64,000 nucleotides of DNA from an uncultured Candidatus Rokubacteria bacterium (GCA_963762145.1 CAVXJS010000019.1:1-64000); one strand, 5' to 3'; shown: positions 30,250-41,136, counted from the stretch's first letter. Numbers and translations are program-made. The notes: generated by a model not told the origin, from the letters alone.

Positions 30250-33200
30250 TCACGCGCGACGGACGGCGACGTGAACACGCGCCGCCTCGAGGTCGACCTC
30301 TCGCACCATCCAGTCGCCGGGCGGGACCCCGCAGCGCAGCTCCACGGCGAGGGTCTCGCCACGGATGTAGGGCGAGTGCTCCTCGATCGCCTCCGCGACC
30401 TCGCCGTGAGCGTCGACCGCGACGCGGATGCGATCGTCGACATTGAGCCGGGCCTCCTTGCGCATCATCTGGATCTGGTGGACCAGATGGCGCGCCACGG
30501 CCTTCCGCCGGAGGTCCGGCGTCATCGTGGCGTCGAGCGCGACGATCACGTCCCGGTCCCCGGCGGCCGCGAAGCCCTCTCGGCCCTCCACCGTGAAGGT
30601 GAGATCCGCCCATCCGAGCCTGACCTCGACGTCCCCCACCGGAACGGTGAGGTGGCCGGCAGCGAGCAACGTGTCGCGGATGATGGATCCCGGGCGCTCC
30701 GCCAGGGCGGCGCGGAGGGCGGGCACCGCATTCGGCGGCAGCGCCGAGGTGTCGTCGATGTCGAGCTCCACTGAGATGGTGACGTGCCCGTCGAGGCTCG
30801 CCACGGTTTCGAGGCGCTCGACGTTCAGCTCATCGAGGATGTCCGGCTCGAAGGCCCGCACCGCGCGCTCCACGTCGGGGGGCGCCACCAGGAGAGCCCG
30901 GCCGAGGGGCTTCCGGACCTTGAGGCGGGCGGCGTTGCGGGCCGCCAGGCCGACCTTGAGCACCCGCCGGGCCGCCACGACGGCGGCTTCCAGGTCGGGC
31001 CGCGCACGGCCCGGATCGGGCGCCGGGAAGGGCAGGAGGTGGAGGCTGACGGGCGCCTCGGGCGACACCGCGCGCACCAGGTTCTGGTAGACGTGCTCGG
31101 TGATGAACGGCATGACCGGCGCGAGGAGCTGGCACACTCGCACCAGCACGTGGTGGAGGACCTGGAACGCGGCCTCCTTCTCGCGGTCGAGCACGCCCTT
31201 CCAGAACTCGCGGCGCCGGCGCCGCACGTACCAGTTCGACAGATCGTCGTGGACGAAGGCGTCCACGGCGGTGACCGCGCGGCGGATCTGATAGGTGTCG
31301 AAGGCCAGCCGCACCTCGGCGATGGTGGCCTGCAGCCGGCTCAGCAGCCACTGCTCGAGCGGGGCCACGTCCGGCGGGAGGCGGTCCGGGCCCGGCAGCG
31401 GCGGCCGGTCGAGGTTCGCGTAGGTGACGAAGAGGGTGTAGACGTTCCAGAACGTCAGGAACCGCCGCTTGACGTCGCGCGCCGCCTCGAGGCCGAAGCG
31501 GAGCGGCTCCGTGACGGCCTGGGACGCGAACATGTGGCGGATCACGTCGGGGCCCAGCGTCTCGAGGGTATCGTCGAGCCAGACCGCGTTGCCCCAGCTC
31601 TTGTGCATCTCGCGCCCGTCGGCGGCCAGCACCCGCTCGTGCGCCAGCACGGTCCGGTAGGGGCTCGCCCCCTCCATGGCGGTGGACATGAAGAGCAGCG
31701 CGTAGAACCACCCGCGGAGCTGGCCCACCGCCTCGACGATGAAGTCGGCCGGGAACCAGCGCTCCCACCGCTCGCGGTCCTCGAGATAGCCCAGCGTGGA
31801 GAACGGCACGATGCCCGCGTCGAGCCAGCAGTCGCCGACCTCGGGGATGCGTGGGACGGGCTGGGCGCAGGCGGGGCAGCGGATGACGATGCCGTCGAGC
31901 CACGGGCGGTGCAGCTCCGGCACCGCGTCCACTGCCTGCGGGTCCAGGGCCAGCTCCCGAAGCTCCTGCGCGCGAGCCGACCACGGTGAGGCGCCCGCAT
32001 GCGCACGGGTAGAAGGGCAGGGGCAGGCCCCAGTAGCGCTTGCGCGAGATGCACCAGTCGCCCATGTTGGCGAGCCAGTCGTCCATGCGCAGCTGCATGT
32101 GGGCCGGGAGCCAGGTGACGCGCTCGTTGGCGGCCCGGGCCAGCGGCCGGATCTCGGTGGCGCTGAGGAACCACTCGTCCGCGACGCGAAAGATCAGCTC
32201 GTGGCCACACCGCCAGCAGGTGGGATACCGATGGCGGTGCGAAGCCCGCGCGAAGAGCAGGCCACGCTCCTTCAGGAGGCCGGCGATCGGGGCGACGGCG
32301 TCGAGGACCGCGGTGCCCGAGAGGGAGCCGAAGCCTTCCAGGTAGCGGCCCTCGGGATCCACGGGCGCGACGACGGGGAGCCCGTGCCGGCGGCCGAGGT
32401 CGAAGTCCTCGAATCCGCAGCCCGGCGCGATGTGGACGAGCCCGGTGCCGTCCTCGGCCGACACCTCGTCCCAGGGGATCACGCGGTGCTCGATGCCCTG
32501 CTGGGCGGGTAGATCGTCGAACGGACCCGACGTATCGCAGCCCGACGAGCTCGGCGCCCTTGACGGTTCGTCGCGGCGCCCCGAGGGCCGGGTAGCGCCC
32601 GGCGCAGACCCGCGGCGACGTAGTAGACCGTGCCCGCCCGCTCGCATTCGACGTAGTCGAGGTCGGGGTGCACGGCCACCGCCACGTTGGCGGGCAGGGT
32701 CCACGGCGTCGTCGTCCACACGAGCAGCCGGTGGTCGGGCCGATCCCGGAGCGGGAGGGCGACGGTCACCGACTCGTGCGTGAGCTCGGCGTAGGCATCC
32801 AGCATCTCGTGCTGCGAGATCGAGGTGCCGCAGCGAGTGCACCACGGCATCGGACGGTGTCCCGCATAGAGCCAGCCCCGCTCGTGGCAGCGCTTCAGAA
32901 AGCTCCAGTTGTACTCGATGTTGGTGTCGGACATCGTGAAGTAGGAGCTGGGCCAGTCCATCCACTGGCCGAGCTTCTTCGACTGCTCGGTCTGGACCTG
33001 GGCGAAGTGCAAGACCCGCTCGCGGCAGGCGCGCGAGAAGCGCTCCAGGCCATAGGACTCGATCTCCCGCTTCGAGTTGAAGCCGAGCGTCTTCTCGACT
33101 TCGACCTCCACCCAGAGTCCCTGGCAGTCGAAGCCGTTCTGGAATCGCTGGTCGTAGCCGCAGAGCGCCCGGTAGCGCTGGACCACGTCCTTGAACGTGC

Positions 33201-33381
33201 GCCCCCACGCGTGGTGGATGCCCATCGGGTTGTTGGCGGTGATCGGGCCGTCGAGGAAGGAGAAGCGCCGCGCTCCGCGGTTCCTGGCCACGAGACGCGA
33301 GAAGACCTGCTCGCGCTCCCAGAGCTGCAGCGTGGCGGCCGCCACGGCGACGAAATCGAGCGGTCCCGGCGTGGAAAACAT
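30250..33381 (-). CDS. ileS: Isoleucyl-tRNA synthetase, type 2-like (frameshifts ~31960 and ~32520-32600)
   Basis: FLDGP..ANNPMGIHH, GFDCQGL, WTTTPWTLPAN, GTGLVHIAPG, DWCISRKRYWG, EMHKS, LSNWYVRR. Confidence 0.93.
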
Positions 33382-33433
33382 GCTCGCCTCCCCTTGTCTG
33401 GTGTAGAACGACCCGGGTCCCCGGCGAGCTGGG

Positions 33434-33467
33434 AAACAAAACGGCCGCCAGGAACCCTGACGGCCGT
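33434..33467 (-). terminator. Intrinsic terminator in the ileS 5' leader
   Basis: ACGGCCGUCAGG-GUU-CCUGGCGGCCGU followed by UUUGUUU, about 50 nt before the ileS ATG. Confidence 0.85.
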
Positions 33468-33495
33468 GAGATACGTGGACGCGATGTGCCGACCG

Positions 33496-33546
33496 TCAGC
33501 TCAGAAACTTCCCTCCGGTGATGCCTGAGCGACTAATTCGGCGCAT
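33496..33546 (-). promoter_or_regulatory. Putative attenuator leader peptide MRRISRSGITGGKFLS
   Basis: Ile codons AUU and AUC; stop codon lies within the antiterminator strand. Confidence 0.65.
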
Positions 33547-33686
33547 GGCCAGACAATAACACAGGCCGCCCATGGTGAGCAGGCTTGTGCTCAGCGCAAA
33601 GATAGCGCGGCGGCTAAGTTCGCGCGGGCTCACCGATTTATCCCGACTCGGGGGCTGGCACGATGCGTGCGGTATGCCCAGCCACC

Positions 33687-34025
33687 ATGCTCCCGAGCGA
33701 GGTGGGTGGGCGGGCGAGAGGAGGGCAGGCGGCGGAGCTGCGGCGCCATGCGCGCGAGACCGCCCGCTGGCCCATCGTCCTCGAGACGCGCGAAGGTCAC
33801 CTGCTGCCACTTCCCCTGATCAATCTGAGCCCGGGTGGCGCGAAGGTCCGCTTCACCGAACGCCTCATGGAAGGTGTGCGGGGACGGGTCTATTTTCTCC
33901 CGCCTCACTGGCATCCCCGCGTGGTCGAGGCGGTCGTCTGGCGGATCGATCAGGACGGCGTGGTGCTCCGATTCGATGATGTGAGCCCCGGGACGCCGCC
34001 GGCCGACCGGAGCCCCCGAGGATAG
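33687..34025 (+). CDS. PilZ domain protein
   Basis: RRHAR and NLSPGG c-di-GMP-binding motifs. Confidence 0.8.
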   Translation: MLPSEVGGRARGGQAAELRRHARETARWPIVLETREGHLLPLPLINLSPGGAKVRFTERLMEGVRGRVYFLPPHWHPRVVEAVVWRIDQDGVVLRFDDVSPGTPPADRSPRG

Positions 34026-34106
34026 CGCGAGAGGACGAGCATAACCGGCCGGAATAGTCTATCCTGCCCCCGCCGAGCCGGTGAGTCACTCAAAGGAGAG
34101 ATCGCC

Positions 34107-35636
34107 ATGCGCGTCGTCCTCGCCTTTCTCCTGTTCGTCCTCGTGTTCCCCTCCGCGGCGCTGGCCCAGTCGGGCGCCCAGATCACGATCAGCCAGCCCG
34201 CCGAAGCCACCACGATGGATCCGGGGCGCAGCACCCAGGTCCTCACCGTCAACTACTTCATCAACCTCTACGACACGCTGACCCGCTGGGACAACGCGCT
34301 GAAGCTCCAGCCGGGGCTCGCCACGTCGTGGAAGCAGGTCAACGACACCACCTGGGAGTTCACGCTCCGGCAGGGAGTCAAGTTCCACGACGGCACCCCG
34401 TTGACGGCCGAGGACGTCAAGGCCACGCTGGACCGCAACCTCGTCCCCGGCAAGACTGTGGTGAACCCCGGCTTCACCACGATCGAGTCCGTCTCGATCG
34501 TGAACCCGTCGACGATCCGCATCGTCACCCAGAAGCCCGATCCGCTCCTTCTCGTGCGGGTCGCCCAGATGGGGGCCCAGATCCTGCCCGCCCGGCTCAC
34601 CACGGACGACGGCGTCAAGGAGCTGGCCCGGCGGCCGGTGGGCACCGGCGCCTACCGGTTCGTCGAGTGGGTGAAGGACGAGCGGCTCGTCATGGAGGCC
34701 AACAAGGACTGGTGGGGCTGGGAGGGCAAGAAGCCCTCGATCGAGCGGGTGATCTGGAAGCCGATCCCCGACGACTTCCCCCGGCTGGTCGCGCTCGAGA
34801 AGGGCGACGTGGACATCATCACCAACGTTCCCCCCGACCGGTCCCAGGGCATTGCGGACGGCCGCAACACGCGCCTGCTGATGGTGCCGTCCACCCGGAT
34901 CGTCAACTTCGGGATGAACTCGACCCAGGCGCCGCTCAGCGACAAGCGCGTGCGCCAGGCGCTCCAGTACGCGGTGGACGTGAACGCCATCATCAAGAGC
35001 ATCTACGCGGGCCAGGGGAAGCCGATCGTCGGGAGCGTGGCGGACGTGGATTTTGGCCACAACCCCGCGGTCAAGCCCTACCCGTACGACCCGGCCAGGG
35101 CCAAGCAGCTCCTCGCCGAGGCGGGCTATGCGTCCGGCGTCGACGTCGCGCTCTACGCGGGCACCGGCACCATGGTCAACGACAAGGCGCTGCTCGAGGT
35201 GATCGCCAGCATGTGGTCCAAGGTGGGCATCCGCGGCCGGGTGGAGATGATGGAGATGGGAGCCCGCCAGCGGATGCTCAACGACCGCGCGGTCCCGCCC
35301 AACGGCATGCTGCTGGGCAATCCCCAGTCGACCCTGCTCGACGTCGACGGCTCGCTCTGGCGCATCTGGCATCCCAACGGCTTCAACGGCAAGTACTGGA
35401 CGGGGAGCCAGCCGGGCCAGCGCTTCCACGACCTCATGGAGGAAGCCCGCTACACGCTCGATCCCAAGAAGCGTAAGGCCCTCTACGCCGAGGCGATCGA
35501 GATCCGCAACGAGGAGAAGCCCTCGCTCGACCTCTTCCAGGAGATGGTCGTGTACGGCACGAGCAAGCGCGTGACCTTCAAGCCGCGCGCGGACTACCGG
35601 CTGATCGTCGCCGAGATGACGCTGGCGGGCCGCTAG
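34107..35636 (+). CDS. Peptide/nickel ABC substrate-binding protein (family 5), orphan
   Basis: LRQGVKFHDGTPLTAEDV; PVGTGAY; RVRQAL. Confidence 0.92.
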   Translation: MRVVLAFLLFVLVFPSAALAQSGAQITISQPAEATTMDPGRSTQVLTVNYFINLYDTLTRWDNALKLQPGLATSWKQVNDTTWEFTLRQGVKFHDGTPLTAEDVKATLDRNLVPGKTVVNPGFTTIESVSIVNPSTIRIVTQKPDPLLLVRVAQMGAQILPARLTTDDGVKELARRPVGTGAYRFVEWVKDERLVMEANKDWWGWEGKKPSIERVIWKPIPDDFPRLVALEKGDVDIITNVPPDRSQGIADGRNTRLLMVPSTRIVNFGMNSTQAPLSDKRVRQALQYAVDVNAIIKSIYAGQGKPIVGSVADVDFGHNPAVKPYPYDPARAKQLLAEAGYASGVDVALYAGTGTMVNDKALLEVIASMWSKVGIRGRVEMMEMGARQRMLNDRAVPPNGMLLGNPQSTLLDVDGSLWRIWHPNGFNGKYWTGSQPGQRFHDLMEEARYTLDPKKRKALYAEAIEIRNEEKPSLDLFQEMVVYGTSKRVTFKPRADYRLIVAEMTLAGR

Positions 35637-35658
35637 AAGCGTCCCGACGAGGCCGGTG

Positions 35659-36315
35659 TCACCGTGACACCAGTCCCTCCACCTTGGCGGCCAGATCGCG
35701 GTTCACGAGGCCCTGCAGCGTGACGCGCAGGTCCGGCCGCCGGTCCATGAACGTGCGCAGGCTCGGGAGCGACCAGCGCATGTAGCGCGCGGGCCCGGTG
35801 AAGGCCATGTCCACCGGCGAGGGCTCCCCGGTGAGGGCCAGCGCGGTACCGATGATCTGCCCCGGCCTCATCGTCCCGATGGCTTCGCCCCGCTTGCGCA
35901 CTTCCGCGCTCCCCGTGATCGGGATGCAGAGGTGCGACGCCGGCTCTCCTTCGGTCACGACCTTCTCGCCGGCTTCGGCGCTCCTCCACTCGCCCACGAG
36001 CGACAGCGACACGAACTCGCGCGGCCGGATCGAGCGAAACGCGAGGTCATAGAGCGTCTGTTCGTCCTCGGAGAGGACGACCGGTCGTCGCTCGAGATAG
36101 ATGCGCGCGATCTGATACAGATTCATCGAGGTGAAGACGAGCGCCCAGAGGACCGGTGGCCAGAGCACGGTCCCCTGGACGAGGAAGTAGGGGATGTTGG
36201 TGAGCGCGGCGGCAACGGCAAACCAGCGTAACCAGAGAATGTCGCGCACCGAATAGGACACCAGCAACAGGATGTTCGAGAAGTGCACCAGGTAATCTGC
36301 GGCTTGAATGTTCAT
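35659..36315 (-). CDS. Popeye-domain / cNMP-binding membrane protein
   Basis: SYSVRDILWLR, 3 TM segments, then cNMP-binding-like domain. Confidence 0.8.
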   Translation of the reverse strand: MNIQAADYLVHFSNILLLVSYSVRDILWLRWFAVAAALTNIPYFLVQGTVLWPPVLWALVFTSMNLYQIARIYLERRPVVLSEDEQTLYDLAFRSIRPREFVSLSLVGEWRSAEAGEKVVTEGEPASHLCIPITGSAEVRKRGEAIGTMRPGQIIGTALALTGEPSPVDMAFTGPARYMRWSLPSLRTFMDRRPDLRVTLQGLVNRDLAAKVEGLVSR

Positions 36316-36346
36316 CTCGAACCTCCGCGAGGCTCCCGAGGGCGGG

Positions 36347-37042
36347 TCACGCGCAGGGCCGGGACCCGGTGCTCTTCTCGAGCAAGCCGTCACGGATGAT
36401 CTGCGACCAGAGCTTCTGCGCGACGGCGTCGAGCGACACGGTTCTGTCCTGCCGGAAGACCGGCGCGGCGACCGTCAGCTCTCCGGTGGACTCCGAGAGG
36501 ATGTGTCCGGTCTGCGTGTCCCAGACCTGTAGCCACAGCCGCAGCGCCGAGATGCGGGTCTGGACGATCTTCAGGCCGCTGAACTCGAACTTGTCGAAGA
36601 GAGACTGGCTGAACTCGGCGAGCCCCGGTTGCAGCAGGTAGCGGGAGCCGAGCGCGGTGCCGATGCGCCGGAGCCGGTCGCGCTCCGGGATTCCGCCGCG
36701 GCCGTACCCGGCGAGGAGATCGGCGTACTCCACGGCCACCCCGCGGTCGGTGAGCCGATTCAGCACCTCCGGCATCGGAATGGTCCTGATGGGCGGCGAG
36801 CCTTGTGCGAGGGCGCTGGTGAGCGCGTACGATACGGTGGGGCTCAGGCCCTGGAGGTTGGCGGGGGCGGCGATGCCGAGGGTTGCGACCGGCTCGCACG
36901 CCAGCACCGCCAGGTCGACGGACGGTGGCCGCGGTGTGGACGTGATGTGGCCGTCCGACAGATAGAAGGGCGTGGTGCAGGCGGCCGCGAAGATGGCCGA
37001 GAGTACGATGCTGATCGCGACGACACGCCGGCTCGCTCTCAT
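36347..37042 (-). CDS. Lipoprotein, hypothetical
   Basis: AAAC lipobox; LQVWDTQTGHIL (CsgG/LpoB-like tail). Confidence 0.7.
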   Translation of the reverse strand: MRASRRVVAISIVLSAIFAAACTTPFYLSDGHITSTPRPPSVDLAVLACEPVATLGIAAPANLQGLSPTVSYALTSALAQGSPPIRTIPMPEVLNRLTDRGVAVEYADLLAGYGRGGIPERDRLRRIGTALGSRYLLQPGLAEFSQSLFDKFEFSGLKIVQTRISALRLWLQVWDTQTGHILSESTGELTVAAPVFRQDRTVSLDAVAQKLWSQIIRDGLLEKSTGSRPCA

Positions 37043-37110
37043 CCTGGCCCCGAGCCATGTTGCGCCCCGGAGGGGTCGCGGTCAAGGCGGAGCCGGTACG
37101 CCCGGCCGTC

Positions 37111-38385
37111 CTACACGAGCACCCCCGGGTAGCCGGACCGGCTGGCCGTGAAGCCGGGGAACAGCGGCGCCTCGGCGGGCACGCCCAGGTGGCGCTGGGC
37201 GACCTCGGCGAAGAGGAGGCGGAAGTCGGTCGTGACCGCGAGGTCGCGACCCTCGAAGAGCTGATCGGCCCGCAGCCCCGGCCAGCGCCCGAGCACCCGG
37301 CCGCCGCGAACGGGCCCGCCGAGGGCCAGCATGGCCGTCGCGTGACCGTGATCGGTGCCGCGGTTGCCGTTCTCCCGCACCTGCCGGCCGAACTCGGACA
37401 TGGTGAGGACCACCACATCCGCCATCCGATCCCCGAGATCGCGATCGAGCGCGGCGAGCCCCTGACCGAAATCGGCGAGGCGATTCGCCAGCGCGCCGCG
37501 CTCGTTGCCCTGGCCGACGTGCGTGTCCCAGCCGCCGGTGTCGGCGAAGGCAACCTCCACGCCCACGTCGGCACGGACGAGCTGGGCGATCTGCTTGAGG
37601 CTCTCGCCGAAGCGGCCGCGCGGATACTGGGCGCCGTTGGCCGGGGCAAGACTCTGCGGGCTGACCGTGCGCAGCATCTTCACGGCCTCGAAGGTCTCGC
37701 GGCCGGTCCCGTAGATGAGGTCGCGCACGCCCCGCTCGTACATGGATTCGAAGCCGCGGCGCGCGTCCACCGTCCCCGCCATGCCGGCCGATCCGGCCTT
37801 CACGTCGAAGTCGGCGATGCTGCCCATCGCGACCGCTCCCGCGTCCCCGCGGAGAATCCGCGGGAGCTGTGGCCCCATGGAGACGGCCCGGAGCGGCGAG
37901 GCGCTGCCACGCGGGATGGCCTGCACGCCGCGGGCGAGCCAGCCGTCGGCGGTGCTCTTCACGCCTGGCGTGCCGGACTCCATGTAGTCCTGCGCGTCGA
38001 AGTGGGAGCGGGTGGTGTCCGGCGACCCGCAGGCGTGCACCACCGCCAGGCGGCGCGCGTCCCAGAGGGGCTTGAGCGGCGACAGCGCGGGGTGCAAGCC
38101 GAAGAAGCCATCCAGCTCGACGGCGGTGCCGTCGCGCCCCGCGGCGGGCCGCTCGATGGCGGTGGTGGTGCGCGCGGCATAGTAGTCGGCATCGCCGTGC
38201 GGCACCACCATGCTGAGCCCGTCCACCGCGCCGCGCTGGAACACCGCGATCAGCACCTTGGGCCGGCTCGCCGGCGCCTGGGCGTGAGCGGCGCGAACGA
38301 GGAAGTGCGGGATGCCGGCGAGACCGACGCCGAAGAGCCCGAGCGCGCCCCCCTTCATGAACGCCCGTCGCGAGCAGGAATGCAT
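37111..38385 (-). CDS. DUF1501 protein (Tat-exported)
   Basis: SRRAFM; FQRGAVDGL; TRSHFDAQD; GGWDTH; SEFGR; GTDHG. Confidence 0.9.
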   Translation of the reverse strand: MHSCSRRAFMKGGALGLFGVGLAGIPHFLVRAAHAQAPASRPKVLIAVFQRGAVDGLSMVVPHGDADYYAARTTTAIERPAAGRDGTAVELDGFFGLHPALSPLKPLWDARRLAVVHACGSPDTTRSHFDAQDYMESGTPGVKSTADGWLARGVQAIPRGSASPLRAVSMGPQLPRILRGDAGAVAMGSIADFDVKAGSAGMAGTVDARRGFESMYERGVRDLIYGTGRETFEAVKMLRTVSPQSLAPANGAQYPRGRFGESLKQIAQLVRADVGVEVAFADTGGWDTHVGQGNERGALANRLADFGQGLAALDRDLGDRMADVVVLTMSEFGRQVRENGNRGTDHGHATAMLALGGPVRGGRVLGRWPGLRADQLFEGRDLAVTTDFRLLFAEVAQRHLGVPAEAPLFPGFTASRSGYPGVLV

Positions 38386-38386
38386 G

Positions 38387-40093
38387 CTACCTCCTCTGGA
38401 ATTCGGGTGAGCCCAGGACGAGCGCCGCGAGCTTCTCCACGTCCGTGTTGCGCGGCCCCCGGTCGTCGGCGGTGGCGCGCACGATCTCCGGGCTGTCGAG
38501 CTGCGCGCGGATCACCTCGCGAGTCCCGGGCGACACGTCGCCGTGCAGGACCACCGCGATGATGCGGTCGAGCACCGCGGCGGGCCGTGTGCGGTCGACC
38601 GGCCCGAGGGCCTGCGCCAGGTCCACGCGGACCCCGGGCAGCCGATTCTGGGAGAGCGCCAGGGCAAAGTTCATCCGGGCCAGCAGCGCGCCGGTGTTCA
38701 CCCAGGCCCCCGCCACGTCCGGGTAGCCCGTGGGGGGCTGAGCCTCGTAGAGCGGCTCGCCAAGCCTCGCCACCTGCCGGGCCAGGACGAGGCTGCCGCC
38801 CGTCGTCACGCGCCCCGGCCCGCCGGGGACAGCCGGCGCGTCGATCTGCCCGTCGAGCGTGCGCACGGCGCTGACCACGACCTCGAGCGGAGTCTTCGTC
38901 TTCGCCTGGTACGTGTCGGCGGCCATGAACTCCGGCGAGCTGAAGATCGCCACCAGGACCGCCCGGATGTCGCCATCGGTGTCGCGGAACACCTTCGCCA
39001 CGCGTTCCACGAGGGCCGGGGGCGGCTCGTCGGCCACGAACCGGCGCAGGAGCTTGGTGGACACGAAGCGGGCGGTGGAGGGGTGCCGGGTCAGGAGGGT
39101 GATCACCGTCATGCCGTCTTCCTTCCCGCCCCCCGCCGGGATCACCGTCCCGAGCACGCGCTTCTGGCCCCGGTCGTGCGCCCCGGGGCGGAACAGGAAG
39201 CCGCCGCCCTGCTGCGGCTGGTCGATGGACCAGCCGGTGAAGCAGCGGGCCACCTCGATCACGTCCTGCTGCGTGTAGCCGCCGTCGACGCCCAGCGTGT
39301 GCAGCTCCATCAGCTCGCGCGCGTAGTTCTCGTTGAGCCCGCGCCGGCCGCTCCCCGGAATCACCAGGTCCTGGCGGGTGCTCCGCCAGTTGTCGAGATA
39401 GAAGAGCATCGCGGGGTGCTGTGCGGTCGCCACCACGAGGTCGCGGAAGCGCCCGAGCGCGTGGGGCCGGATGGCCTCGCGCTCGTACGCGGGCGTCATC
39501 CAGCGCGTGGCCGCCTTCAGGATGTACACGTTGAAGTGGTTGAACCAGAAGTCGACCATCACTTCCTGGAGCTGACGCTCGGAGACGACGGCGCGCGTGA
39601 CCTTGGCGGACTGCAGCTGCGCCGCGATGGTGGAGATCCGCCGCTCCGGCGGGAAGGTCTCGCGGAGCTCCTGCGGGGTCATCTGGCCGGATTCGAACCG
39701 CTGCACGTCCTGGGGGCGCGGCGGGGGGAATTCCTGATAGAGCTGGGCCGCGCTCATGGCGACGACCGGGAAGGCTCCGAGCATCGCCTCCAGCGTCCCG
39801 TCCGCGATGCGCTCGGGCTCGAGCTGCCGCTCGATCCAGGTGTTGAGCCCCTGCCGCTTCACGCGCTCCACGTCGCCGGGCCGAGGCCCGTAGCCCAGGC
39901 GGTTGAGCACGTGGACGATCTGCTGCTTCTCCGGAAGGGGCGAGCGGGCGAGGGTGACGCGGTACCGGGGCGCGGGCTCGGGAGCGGCCGCGATGGTCGC
40001 CGGTGCGGAGCGTCCGCTCGAGCAGCCGGCCAGCAGCTCGAACGCGACGCAGATCAGCAGGGCGTGGGCACCGTGACGGCCAGATCGTCCCAT
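38387..40093 (-). CDS. DUF1800 protein
   Basis: FWFNHFNV; AMLFYLDN; NENYARELMELHTLG; SPEFQRR. Confidence 0.92.
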   Translation of the reverse strand: MGRSGRHGAHALLICVAFELLAGCSSGRSAPATIAAAPEPAPRYRVTLARSPLPEKQQIVHVLNRLGYGPRPGDVERVKRQGLNTWIERQLEPERIADGTLEAMLGAFPVVAMSAAQLYQEFPPPRPQDVQRFESGQMTPQELRETFPPERRISTIAAQLQSAKVTRAVVSERQLQEVMVDFWFNHFNVYILKAATRWMTPAYEREAIRPHALGRFRDLVVATAQHPAMLFYLDNWRSTRQDLVIPGSGRRGLNENYARELMELHTLGVDGGYTQQDVIEVARCFTGWSIDQPQQGGGFLFRPGAHDRGQKRVLGTVIPAGGGKEDGMTVITLLTRHPSTARFVSTKLLRRFVADEPPPALVERVAKVFRDTDGDIRAVLVAIFSSPEFMAADTYQAKTKTPLEVVVSAVRTLDGQIDAPAVPGGPGRVTTGGSLVLARQVARLGEPLYEAQPPTGYPDVAGAWVNTGALLARMNFALALSQNRLPGVRVDLAQALGPVDRTRPAAVLDRIIAVVLHGDVSPGTREVIRAQLDSPEIVRATADDRGPRNTDVEKLAALVLGSPEFQRR

Positions 40094-40203
40094 CGGCGGC
40101 TCCTTTGGGGGAATGTGACGCCCCTCCGTATCTTACTGTTTACACCTCCGTCTTTTTCGGGGGAATCCGGCCCCCCGGGCCGGCCGGGCGCGCCGCCCGG
40201 GGA

Positions 40204-40737
40204 CTAGCCGCCGTGCTGCCGGCGGATGTCCGCCAGGTGATGGAGCGCGTGGCCGGCCATGGCATAGGCGATCGCCCGGACGCTGCGGGTGGTCCAGTCC
40301 GACGGGGCGCGATATTGCCAGGCCGCGGCGTCCAGTCCGCGCAGGAACGCGATGAACGCGGCGCGCACCGCGATGAGCTCGGCCACGAGCTCATCGAGCG
40401 GGCGCGCGGAGAAGTTGGCGACTGCGGCGTACTTCTCGAACTCGACCGCCGTCCACATGACCGGGTCGGCGCGCGCGATGAGCAGCGCCCGGTACCCGAA
40501 GACGCGCTCGGTGTCGGCCATGTGGCCGACGATCTGGAGGACGTTCCACTCGCCCGGCGCCTCCCGCCGCCGCGCCTGCTCCGGCGTGAAGGCGTGGAGG
40601 AACACCGCGCTCTCGGCGATCTGGCGTGCGAGCGTCTCCACGATGTGCCCGTTGGGGACGAGCCGGATGTACTGAAAATAGTACGGCAGGCACTCGTCGG
40701 CGTCCGGACGTCCGGGGCCGCGGTCGGTAGGGGGCAT
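40204..40737 (-). CDS. DinB family protein
   Basis: W..LQIVGHMADTER; GHALHHL. Confidence 0.88.
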   Translation of the reverse strand: MPPTDRGPGRPDADECLPYYFQYIRLVPNGHIVETLARQIAESAVFLHAFTPEQARRREAPGEWNVLQIVGHMADTERVFGYRALLIARADPVMWTAVEFEKYAAVANFSARPLDELVAELIAVRAAFIAFLRGLDAAAWQYRAPSDWTTRSVRAIAYAMAGHALHHLADIRRQHGG

Positions 40738-40748
40738 CGTCGCCGAGG

Positions 40749-41132
40749 CTAGAACTGCGTCTCGATCAGGCCACCGCCCTCGCTCATCTCGCAGCGGCCG
40801 GTGCCGCCCTTGTCCGGCCCGACCCCCGGCTCGTTGAGGGTGAAGCGGCAGGTCATCACGCCGCCCCGATCGCCGGCGAGCGTGCTGGTCATGTGATGGT
40901 CGCGGGCATTCGGAATCAACACGTACTTGCCCTGGTAGCGCTCTCCGCTCGGCAAGACCGCCGAGAGCTTGCCGCTCCCGCCGAAGAGGCTCGACTCGTA
41001 GCTCAAGGTTACGGGCTCGGCCGGCTTCCCCGGCGCGGTGAACCGGCCGGGCATGGGCCCGGCCGCGCAGCCCACCAGCGCGCCCACCGCGACCGTCGCG
41101 AGGGTCGACCGCGCGCTCCTTCCCCGGAGCAT
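40749..41132 (-). CDS. Small lipoprotein
   Basis: LVGC lipobox; MTCRF..GTGRC Cys pair. Confidence 0.7.
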   Translation of the reverse strand: MLRGRSARSTLATVAVGALVGCAAGPMPGRFTAPGKPAEPVTLSYESSLFGGSGKLSAVLPSGERYQGKYVLIPNARDHHMTSTLAGDRGGVMTCRFTLNEPGVGPDKGGTGRCEMSEGGGLIETQF

Positions 41133-41136
41133 GCGC

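Noticed and set aside
33382-33560. T-box riboswitch upstream of ileS
   Set aside because: No UGGNACC T-box bulge or stem I motifs seen; the leader-peptide model fits better.
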